Part shown: one piece after another, positions 27,051-35,093 of the stretch
How the letters are laid out: every line of letters starts with the position of its first letter
How positions within the stretch are numbered: the stretch's first letter is position 1
Notes under the pieces: model-generated
What the model saw: the letters and a program-made list of their open reading frames with translations, nothing else
The model's database searches: none
Told to the model about the DNA's origin: nothing
Made by a program: the position numbers and the translations under genes
Origin: Candidatus Aenigmatarchaeota archaeon
GTDB taxonomy: Archaea > Aenigmatarchaeota > Aenigmatarchaeia > CG10238-14 > SpSt-28
Direction: 5' to 3'
Assembly (NCBI GenBank): GCA_038997305.1
Contig: JAWAZZ010000003.1
Location: 1 to 62,972, forward strand
Length of the DNA: 62,972 nucleotides

Positions 27051-28265
27051 ATGGAAGAGGATTTATTAAAACAAAAACAAGAAATTGAGAATTTTCTGAA
27101 AGAAATAGAGAATAGTTATAAAAAAGGAGAAATTAGCGAAGAAGCTTATAAAGAAATTGTAGAACAAAATAAAAAGAAGTTAGAAGAAATAGAAAGTAAA
27201 CTGAAAAGCAACAAAGAAGTTTCTGAAAAGAAAAAGAAGAGTAGAATAGAAGAAATATTAGAAAAGGTTTTTAAAGTAGAAAAAGAATTCTCTGAAAAAG
27301 AAGTCGGAAAGATTAAAGAAGATCTATCAAAAATAAATATTGAATTGGAAAAAACAAAAACATTAATAGAATCTCTAAAAGAAATGAAAGCTGCCAGCGA
27401 TGAAAAAATTGCAAGAGTTATAGAAAATATTGGGGAGTTAAGAAGTATGATTGTTGGAAGAGAAAGCAAAGTTAGAGAATTAGAAGCAGATGTTGAAAAA
27501 ATGAAAGACATTTTGAAAGAAATAAGTCCCGAAAAATATTTAAAAGAGCTGAATAAATTAAATAAAGAGATTGAATTGTTTAGAGTAAAAGTAGAAAAAG
27601 TTGAATATCTAGCTAATGAAAGTGCAAAGGCTGTAAAAGAATTACAGACGCAATTAAAATTAATAGGTAGTATTGAAAATTTAGCAAAGTTAAACAAAGA
27701 CTTGCAAAGCAAGTTAAAAGAAATTCAGCTAATTTCTCAAAAAATTGAAAACACAGCAAACAAAATTGATTCAATTTTCATTGAAATAAATCAAAAAATG
27801 AGAGATTTAGAAATTATTAAAGATAAAGTTGATGCTCTCTTTCAAAATTTTAATGAAATAAGTAGAAATTTAAGCGATTTATCTAATAGAATTGAAAACT
27901 TAGCTAGTAAAGATGAATTGAATAGTTTAAGAGATTATGTTGGTAATTTAGAAAAACAAATTGTGGAATTAGAGAAAAAGAAAGAAGAAAAGATTGAAGA
28001 GGAAACTAAAAGCATTGAAGAGGAAATAGAGGGTGTAAAAATGCTTTTAGAAGCTTTAGAAGATATGAAGAAAGAAGGTAAAATTAGCGAAGAAGAATAT
28101 GCTTCCCTTAAAAAAATTCATTTAGAAAGATTAAAAGCTTTGGAAGAAAAGAAAGGTAATATAGTCAAAGAACAAAAAGAAGAAAGAATAAATAAAAAAC
28201 TAAAAGAATTGTATGAGAAAGGAGTTATAAGTAAAGAATTGTATGAGAAATTAACTAAGAAATGA
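27051..28265 (+). CDS. Coiled-coil protein (404 aa) with SHOCT-like G-x-IS-x-E-x-Y motifs at both ends
   Basis: The ATG lies 2 nt after the giant-gene stop. The protein is K/E/L/I heptad-rich throughout, with no TM and no P-loop. Motifs are KKGEISEEAYKEI (N-terminal), KEGKISEEEYASLKK and EKGVISKELYEKL (C-terminal). Its stop overlaps the next ATG (ATGA at 28262-28265). Confidence 0.8.
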   Translation: MEEDLLKQKQEIENFLKEIENSYKKGEISEEAYKEIVEQNKKKLEEIESKLKSNKEVSEKKKKSRIEEILEKVFKVEKEFSEKEVGKIKEDLSKINIELEKTKTLIESLKEMKAASDEKIARVIENIGELRSMIVGRESKVRELEADVEKMKDILKEISPEKYLKELNKLNKEIELFRVKVEKVEYLANESAKAVKELQTQLKLIGSIENLAKLNKDLQSKLKEIQLISQKIENTANKIDSIFIEINQKMRDLEIIKDKVDALFQNFNEISRNLSDLSNRIENLASKDELNSLRDYVGNLEKQIVELEKKKEEKIEEETKSIEEEIEGVKMLLEALEDMKKEGKISEEEYASLKKIHLERLKALEEKKGNIVKEQKEERINKKLKELYEKGVISKELYEKLTKK

Positions 28266-31200
28266 ACTTTAAAATATTGAGCCTAGTTTTTGTTTTTGGT
28301 ATATTTTTAGCATTAATATTTTTTAATCTAAAAAATTTTACTGGATTTTTTGTTTATAGATATGTAGAAGACAAATGGTGGAACTCTTCTTACCATTTTA
28401 GAATTAAAATTGAAATAGATAGCAGCGATTATAATAGAACAAATTGGCCAGTAGAAATTTTTCTGAATTTAACTCAAAAACTACAAGAAGTAAATATTAG
28501 CGGAAAAATAGATTTAAACTCACTAAGATTAATAGAATATGATTTTAACGGTAATCCTTTAAGAATAGTTCCTTTTCAATTCGACGTAAATGAAAACTTT
28601 GATGCATATAATAATGCTGTAGGTGAATTAGTATTTATTCTTAATGGAACAAATAATGCAAAAAGAAAATTTTATTTATATTTTGATATCGAAGAAAACG
28701 GAAAAAAAGAAAGTATTAACTTCTTAACAAATCTTTCATATTCAATAAATGGAAATTTTATCTACATTAATACCTCTGGTTTCGCTTTTACATTATATAA
28801 TTCTTCGAATAAATTTGGTTTTATAAACATTCAAAGATTAACAGATGGTTTATATGTTTTTTATCCTTCAGATGAACCTTTTGAATATACTATAACATAT
28901 AATCAATCGTCAATTTTTTACTACATTCCTTATGAAATACAAATAATCGAAGGACCTATAAGATTAGGAGTAAAAGTTAAGATGAGAGAGTTTGATGGAA
29001 TTAGATTTACCGGTATTAACTATACAAAAATATATTATTTCTATAATTACGCCGGACCAGGAAGTATAGACTCGATTTCTTCCAATCTACTAAAAATTAA
29101 ACAAAAATTTGAAGGTAATGCAATAAGATTTTCAAACTTTTCTTTTGGATTTAATGTTACAAATCTTTATGGAGATCCTGCAGAAACGATAGGTTTTGAA
29201 GTCAATACACAAAATCCATATTCTTATGCATATGCCTTTAGAGGTTCTTTTAGTGTTCAAATAATTAACCTAAATTATTCAAATATAGAATTTTTCGCAA
29301 ATAGTGATTTAAATAGTAATGTTGGAATATACTTTAACGAGAATAATATTAACAACGCTGAACAAACTTCATCTATTTTTGTAGGTATATTATCTACACC
29401 AGAAGAGCAAAAATATCCTCTCTATATTTTAAACAGCTTTACAAATCCTATAAACATTACAATCTTTAACACAGAAAATAGAGAAGTGTTAGTAGGAGTA
29501 AAAACAGATTTTCCAGTTTATAATAGAGGTGAAAAAGTTTTTATAACTGCATTTAATATATCAGATCCATACGATTTAATTTCCAATGTTACTGCAATAA
29601 TAGATAGAGGAACTTTAGATGCTAGTGATGATATGTTAGTTATTTTGTATGATGATGGATTGCATAACGATAATCTATCGAAAGATAAGATTTTTGCAAA
29701 CAGTTTTTCGATAAACGCTACTGATAACATCGGTAAATGGAAAATAACTATCTACGTATACGATAAGTATGGTACATTGCTAATAACTAATCAAACAGAG
29801 TTCAATGTTACAAATATTCTTAACGTCGAAACAAACATTATTAATAAGCATGGATATGTTAATAGAATTATTAACGCAACACTTACAGTAAAAAACTTTA
29901 GAAATGACACATATATTACGAATGCCTCTATTATTTGTTACGATGATGGGATTGCAAAACAAACAAATGTAACTAATTTTAATAACGGAAGTTATTTGAT
30001 TTCAATTCAAGCATCTTCTTTGGCTGGATATCATATTTTAAATTGTAGTGCTACTTATTTTAATAATACAGGATTTGACGAAGATATTTATGATTCTACA
30101 GATGTAGTTACCTATTTAGATTTAAACATTACTCCAAACTATTATTTTGCTAAAAATATAACTTTTTATAATAATGAAAGTTTTACCTTTATAGTAAATG
30201 TTTCTAACTTACATATTGGTTATGCCTATGATGTAAACATAACTTTTGAAAAGCCAATAGAAATAGAAATAATACCAAATAAAGAATATTGCAATACTAT
30301 ATATATAGATGGTTTTTGCACAAAACAATTTACTGCAACAATAAAAAACGCTAGTCTGCCTAAAATTTATAATGTTAAAGTAAATGTTAGTTGGAGAAAT
30401 TATGATGGAACTCTAAATTCCACTAGCAAAAATCTAACTATTGAAGTAAAGAGTAATAAGATATTAGATATTCAACCAAATAGCATTTTTAGTATAAATC
30501 CTCCAGGCAAAAATACTTTTGTTGGTAAAATAGTTTTAAATTCAAGCGGAAATGATTATGTTTATAACATTTCGTTTTATTCAAATTTGACGGATTTTAA
30601 TTTCATATTTTATCCAAATATTTCTCAAATAGATCCTGGAAAAGTAATTGAAGTAAATGTTAATGTTAGCATTCCTTTAGGTTATCCTGCTGGAACTTAT
30701 TATGGAATAATAAATGTTAGTAGTGAGATTGGATATAAAGAAATTCCAATAACATTAAAGGTTTCTGGAACTTATACAACTTTAGAAGTTTTTCCAAACT
30801 ATTATTTTGCTAAAAATATAACCTTTTATAATAATGAAAGTTTTGAAGTTTTGATAAATGCAACTAATATTGGAAGTGTCGAAGCTTTCTTCTCTTTTAT
30901 TCAGATTCATTTACCAAGCAATTTTGTAGCAAATCAAACATTTAAAGATTGTGGAAATTTAACAGCAAAAAATTCTTGTATATTATCTGCTAAGATAACT
31001 ATTAAAAATGCTACTTTGCCTGGAGTTTATAGAATATTTTATTCTTTTAACTGGACTGACATTGGTATAGGTAATAATAGCATTGTTAATGAAACAATTG
31101 TTGAAATAAAAAGTAATAAAATATTAAGCATTGAGCCAAATAATATAAGTGCTATAGTAGAGCACAATAAAACATTTTTTGTTGGTAAAATAGTTTTAAA

Positions 31201-33997
31201 TTCAAGCGGAAATGATTATGTTTATAACATTTCGTTTTATTCAAATTTGACGGATTTTAATTTCATATTTTATCCAAATATTTCTCAAATAGATCCTGGA
31301 AAAGTAATTGAAGTAAATGTTAATGTTAGCATTCCTTTAGGTTATCCTGCTGGAACTTATTATGGAATAATAAATGTTAGTAGTGAGATTGGATATAAAG
31401 AAATATTCTTAAATTTAACAGTAATAGAAGATAGGAGATGGAATATTGATAAAGATTATTGTGAAGCAACTTTCTATCCACCAAGTGGAATTGTATGTAA
31501 TGTAAGTATTTTTAATTTGGGTAATATGCCAATAAGCTTTAACATTACTCCAAACCAAACTAACTATACTTGGATAAATATTAATAATTTTGTATTGAAT
31601 GCACAAAATTCTACTAACATAACTATTTATTACGATGTAACATATGCTCCACTAATCTTTATATACGCATTCTATAATGTTTCTGCACTAGAAGATAATG
31701 CAATTCCAAGATATAGAATTATCAATGTAACGTTAAAGCCTTTTGTCGGAGCTATCGGAAACTTATCAATAATACCAAATATAACTCATCAATCTTCAAA
31801 CATAACTTTTAATGTTAGTGTTTTTGATAGAAGCGGGATAGGAATGGATTACGTAATAGCTAGAATCAAAAAACCAGATAATATAGAAGAGATTATTAAT
31901 TTTACAAAAATATATGAAGCTAATAGAACTTCTATTTGGATTGCAAACTTTACCAATACTACACTAAGCGGAATCTATTTTGTTACTCTAGAAATGAAAG
32001 ATAAAGCAAACATAACAACATATACATATGGAAATTTTAGCATTTATAAACTGCTTTTTGCAAATGTATTTACAAATAAACCAGAATATAAAAGAGAAGA
32101 AACCGCTTCTATATATTTTACTTTAAACGATTTTGCCAATCTTGGAGTAGATAATGCAAGTGTAACAATAGAAGTTTTAACACCGAACAACTTCAAAATC
32201 TATAAAAATTCTTTTATAACGGAAAACGGTAAGATACCTATAATAACAATAAATTTGCCAAGCGATGCAGAAATAGGTAAATACGTTATAAATGCTTTTG
32301 TAGAATATTTTGATCCAATAAAGAATGGTTATACTTATACTAATGCAACAAAAGAATTTTATGTAAAAGAGAAGTTAGAAATTTCTCTTTTTGCTGATTT
32401 GGAAACTAGTATAGTATGGTATCCAGAAAATGTTATGAAATTTGCGATAACGTTTTATGATAGTTATGGAAACCTCTTTGATCCAGATTTTGCAACTTTG
32501 AATGTTTATGATCCTGCTGAAAATCTATACTTTTCTAAAAATATAAGCGATTTTAGAAGAGAGTCTCAAGGATTTTATACATTTAAATATGCGATGCCGC
32601 CAAATACACCTACAGGAGCTTATTTGGCTGTTCTAAACTTTTCGAAGAGCAATGTTTCTTCCATAAAAACAAAGATGTTTAGAGTTAGTGCTGGTGGTCC
32701 TTTCGATATAAAAGTAAATTTACTGAAAAAGGAAGTTGCAAGAGGCGAGTTATTGCCTTTCGAAATTACAATAATAAACATGGGAGAAACTAGTATGGAT
32801 GTTTTTATTGAATATTTTATTAGTGATGCTCAAGGAAATACTTACTATTATTCTAGTGAGTGGATTTATTCTCCAGCAGGAACAAATAAAACAATATTAA
32901 GAGAAGCATACATATTTTCCAATCAACCGTTGGGACTGCACTATTTAAATGTTATAATGACATACGATACTATTAAACCTCCGTTAGGAGCTAATGAAAC
33001 GTTTTATGTTATAGAAGCTAAACCTCAACCAATACCTTCTCCAGCAGCTCCTCCAGCAGCGCCACCAGTTACTCCAGTTGAGAAACCAGCTGAAATTATT
33101 AAAAACTATTCGATAGAATTTTTGTACATTCCTAGTGAAATAAGAGTTGTTGCTGGAGAAGAAAAAGCTTTTCTAATCGTTATTAAGAATGTTGGAAATC
33201 GACCATTAACAAACATAGAAGTTAAGTTACTTGGAATTGATGAAAGCTGGTACAGAATAAAAAATAGCAGCATTAAAGTTTTTAATCCAAACGATACCTT
33301 AATATTTGAAATTTATCTTACAATACCGTCTAAAGTAAAACCTCAAGAAATTTCTACAGCATTTTATTTTAAATCTTTTGAATTAATAACTTCTAGAGAT
33401 ATTAAACTAAAAATATTTCAATCTTTGGAAGACTTGTTATTAGACGAACTGAAAGAATTAAAAGATAAACTTTTAGATTTAAAAAGTAAAACAATAGACG
33501 CAAAACTCGCTAACAAAAATGTTACAGAAGTTGAAAAAATAATATCACAAGCTGAAGAACTAGCAAAACAAATAGAAGATTTGATAAAACAAAAACAATA
33601 TGATGATGCAACAAAAAGGCTGTATGAACTAAGATCTCTAATAGATAAAGGATTTTATCTTTTACAAACCGCAACTCCGATCATTAGATTCGAATGGGAA
33701 AAAATACTAATAATAATAGCTGTTATAGTTCTTATTTCAATAGCAGCTTTTATTATAACTATGTATATAATATCTATAAGAAGGGTTAGAAAATCTTTAT
33801 CTAAAGTTATAGAGGCTTCATTAAAAGAAATTTCGAAAATAAAAGAAGCTAAACAACCAGAAGAAAGAAAGCCAGAAATAGATACAGAAAGATATAAAAA
33901 GATGTTAGAAGTTTTAGAAAGGGAGTATAGAGAGGGAATAATTTCGAAAGAAACGTATGAAGAATTAAAGAAAAGGATTGAAGAAAAACTGAAATAA
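28262..33997 (+). CDS. Second large surface protein (1,911 aa): N-terminal signal anchor, DUF2341-like start, CARDB/NEW3-like arrays, P/A linker, helical stalk, C-terminal TM and short SHOCT-like cytoplasmic tail
   Basis: The N-terminus is MNFKILSLVFVFGIFLALIFF. KWWNSSYHFRIKIEIDSSDYNRTNWPVEIFL resembles the DUF2341 start. Many CARDB-type segments follow. The P/A linker KPQPIPSPAAPPAAPPVTPVEKPAE is at 33020-33094. The TM ILIIIAVIVLISIAAFIITMYIISI (33704-33777) is followed by RRVRK, and the tail is EYREGIISKETYEELKKRIEEKLK. Confidence 0.85.
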   Translation: MNFKILSLVFVFGIFLALIFFNLKNFTGFFVYRYVEDKWWNSSYHFRIKIEIDSSDYNRTNWPVEIFLNLTQKLQEVNISGKIDLNSLRLIEYDFNGNPLRIVPFQFDVNENFDAYNNAVGELVFILNGTNNAKRKFYLYFDIEENGKKESINFLTNLSYSINGNFIYINTSGFAFTLYNSSNKFGFINIQRLTDGLYVFYPSDEPFEYTITYNQSSIFYYIPYEIQIIEGPIRLGVKVKMREFDGIRFTGINYTKIYYFYNYAGPGSIDSISSNLLKIKQKFEGNAIRFSNFSFGFNVTNLYGDPAETIGFEVNTQNPYSYAYAFRGSFSVQIINLNYSNIEFFANSDLNSNVGIYFNENNINNAEQTSSIFVGILSTPEEQKYPLYILNSFTNPINITIFNTENREVLVGVKTDFPVYNRGEKVFITAFNISDPYDLISNVTAIIDRGTLDASDDMLVILYDDGLHNDNLSKDKIFANSFSINATDNIGKWKITIYVYDKYGTLLITNQTEFNVTNILNVETNIINKHGYVNRIINATLTVKNFRNDTYITNASIICYDDGIAKQTNVTNFNNGSYLISIQASSLAGYHILNCSATYFNNTGFDEDIYDSTDVVTYLDLNITPNYYFAKNITFYNNESFTFIVNVSNLHIGYAYDVNITFEKPIEIEIIPNKEYCNTIYIDGFCTKQFTATIKNASLPKIYNVKVNVSWRNYDGTLNSTSKNLTIEVKSNKILDIQPNSIFSINPPGKNTFVGKIVLNSSGNDYVYNISFYSNLTDFNFIFYPNISQIDPGKVIEVNVNVSIPLGYPAGTYYGIINVSSEIGYKEIPITLKVSGTYTTLEVFPNYYFAKNITFYNNESFEVLINATNIGSVEAFFSFIQIHLPSNFVANQTFKDCGNLTAKNSCILSAKITIKNATLPGVYRIFYSFNWTDIGIGNNSIVNETIVEIKSNKILSIEPNNISAIVEHNKTFFVGKIVLNSSGNDYVYNISFYSNLTDFNFIFYPNISQIDPGKVIEVNVNVSIPLGYPAGTYYGIINVSSEIGYKEIFLNLTVIEDRRWNIDKDYCEATFYPPSGIVCNVSIFNLGNMPISFNITPNQTNYTWININNFVLNAQNSTNITIYYDVTYAPLIFIYAFYNVSALEDNAIPRYRIINVTLKPFVGAIGNLSIIPNITHQSSNITFNVSVFDRSGIGMDYVIARIKKPDNIEEIINFTKIYEANRTSIWIANFTNTTLSGIYFVTLEMKDKANITTYTYGNFSIYKLLFANVFTNKPEYKREETASIYFTLNDFANLGVDNASVTIEVLTPNNFKIYKNSFITENGKIPIITINLPSDAEIGKYVINAFVEYFDPIKNGYTYTNATKEFYVKEKLEISLFADLETSIVWYPENVMKFAITFYDSYGNLFDPDFATLNVYDPAENLYFSKNISDFRRESQGFYTFKYAMPPNTPTGAYLAVLNFSKSNVSSIKTKMFRVSAGGPFDIKVNLLKKEVARGELLPFEITIINMGETSMDVFIEYFISDAQGNTYYYSSEWIYSPAGTNKTILREAYIFSNQPLGLHYLNVIMTYDTIKPPLGANETFYVIEAKPQPIPSPAAPPAAPPVTPVEKPAEIIKNYSIEFLYIPSEIRVVAGEEKAFLIVIKNVGNRPLTNIEVKLLGIDESWYRIKNSSIKVFNPNDTLIFEIYLTIPSKVKPQEISTAFYFKSFELITSRDIKLKIFQSLEDLLLDELKELKDKLLDLKSKTIDAKLANKNVTEVEKIISQAEELAKQIEDLIKQKQYDDATKRLYELRSLIDKGFYLLQTATPIIRFEWEKILIIIAVIVLISIAAFIITMYIISIRRVRKSLSKVIEASLKEISKIKEAKQPEERKPEIDTERYKKMLEVLEREYREGIISKETYEELKKRIEEKLK
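30517..30744 (+). repeat. 228-bp perfect direct repeat, copy 1
   Basis: A base-by-base reading shows identity to 31177-31404. It encodes ...VGKIVLNSSGNDYVYNISFYSNLTDFNFIFYPNISQIDPGKVIEVNVNVSIPLGYPAGTYYGIINVSSEIGYKEI. Confidence 0.9.
31177..31404 (+). repeat. 228-bp perfect direct repeat, copy 2
   Basis: Identical to 30517-30744. Identity breaks at 30516/31176 and at 30745/31405. Confidence 0.9.
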
Positions 33998-34029
33998 TCC
34001 CTTTATTTTAATGTTTAATATTAATATTT

Positions 34030-34797
34030 ATGGCAGAAGTAATTGCTATTTTATCTGGGAAAGGTGGTGTCGGTAAAACTACTATCGCAATTAATATCGC
34101 AAACGTTTTGTCGACATATTTTCGAAGAAAAGTGCTAATTGTCGACACTAATTTTACTACTTCTCATTTAGGTTTAAGCCTCGGAATTTTTTACCCTCAA
34201 GGAAACTTAAATAAAGTTTTAAGAGACGAAATGGAAATTGAAGAAGCCATTCACAACTATTCTTTGGGACTAGATTTATTGCCTCTCTCTTTATCGGTAA
34301 GAGATTTAGAAGGTATAGACATAACAAAATTCCCTAGAGTTTTAGAAAAAGTAAATTACAGATACGATTATATAATCTTAGATGCTGCTCCGGGTTTAGG
34401 TAGAGAAGCTATAATTTCCATAAAAAACGCAGATAAAGTTTTGTACGTAGCTTTACCTATTATTCAAAGTATTGTAGATATTGTAAGAACTCAAGAAGTT
34501 GTCAGAGAATTTGAGAAAAAAGAAATTGGCGTAATATTGAATATGGTAAGAAATAAACCTTACGAAGTTAAGGATGAAGAAGTTGAAAGTTTAACAAACT
34601 TAAAAGTTATTGGGAGAATTCCATACGATGAAAGGTTTTTAATAGCAAACGCACACAAATTGCCTTATTCTGTTATGTTTACAAGCGGCAAAGTTTACAC
34701 CGAGTTTTTAAAAATATGTAGCATTATTGCAAATCAAAAATTAGAGATTAGAAAAGGTATTTTAAGTAAGTTTCTTGAGTTTTTATTAAGAAAATAA
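34030..34797 (+). CDS. MinD/ParA-family (deviant Walker A) ATPase, paralogue 1
   Basis: ILSGKGGVGKTTIAINIA is a deviant Walker A (KGGxGKT). YDYIILDAAPGLG is a Walker B-like segment. VIGRIPYDERFLIANAHKLPY is typical of the MinD/CpaE C-terminal part. Confidence 0.85.
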   Translation: MAEVIAILSGKGGVGKTTIAINIANVLSTYFRRKVLIVDTNFTTSHLGLSLGIFYPQGNLNKVLRDEMEIEEAIHNYSLGLDLLPLSLSVRDLEGIDITKFPRVLEKVNYRYDYIILDAAPGLGREAIISIKNADKVLYVALPIIQSIVDIVRTQEVVREFEKKEIGVILNMVRNKPYEVKDEEVESLTNLKVIGRIPYDERFLIANAHKLPYSVMFTSGKVYTEFLKICSIIANQKLEIRKGILSKFLEFLLRK

Positions 34798-34874
34798 AGA
34801 AATTGTATTAGTATAAAACTCTATTGTACCCAGCTACAAAGCTATATATTATTAAGCTTTCAAATATATTTATT

Positions 34875-35093
34875 ATGGAGGTTTATATTATAGGTTTAAC
34901 ATTAATATTAGTCATAGTTTTTGGAATATTTTTACTCTTAAAGAGAAGAGAAGAAAGAAATTTTTTGGAAGCTCTGGAAGAAATTGAGAGAAGCCTAATA
35001 TCTATGCAAAATAGCATTAGAAGTGCTCTTATGGTTTTGAAAGAAGATGAAAAAGTAAAGAGAAAGAAACATGCCAGAAAAAGGAGCGTTTGA
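34875..35093 (+). CDS. Small single-pass membrane protein (72 aa) with a charged C-terminal tail
   Basis: I prefer the ATG at 34875 (MEVYIIGLTLILVIVFGIFLLLKRREE...) to the TTG at 34824 in the ORF track. The 3' end overlaps the next gene by 23 nt. Confidence 0.55.
   Translation: MEVYIIGLTLILVIVFGIFLLLKRREERNFLEALEEIERSLISMQNSIRSALMVLKEDEKVKRKKHARKRSV

Larger units (their letters stand above)
30100..31420 (+). repeat. In-frame tandem duplication of a 660-bp (220-aa) two-module unit inside the 1,911-aa gene, with a mosaic identity pattern
   Basis: The offset is exactly 660 nt. 30133-30184 matches 30793-30844 with 1 mismatch, the middle of the unit is strongly diverged, and 30517-30744 matches 31177-31404 perfectly. 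Confidence 0.9.

Noticed and set aside
27146-27712. 188-aa minus-strand ORF antisense to the 404-aa coiled-coil gene, plus similar antisense ORFs in the other coiled-coil genes (35268-35465, 37324-37611, 40690-40875, 41407-41604)
   Set aside because: The S/F/L-rich translations are the antisense of GAA/AAA/TTA-rich coiled-coil codons, and the sense-strand genes are far longer and coupled to their neighbours.
30100-31420. The 660-bp-spaced repeats as a CRISPR array or as a DGR template/variable repeat pair
   Set aside because: There are only two copies, 228 bp long, in frame inside a CDS, and no short repeat-spacer periodicity. The copies are perfectly identical rather than differing at adenines, and no reverse transcriptase ORF exists in the window.
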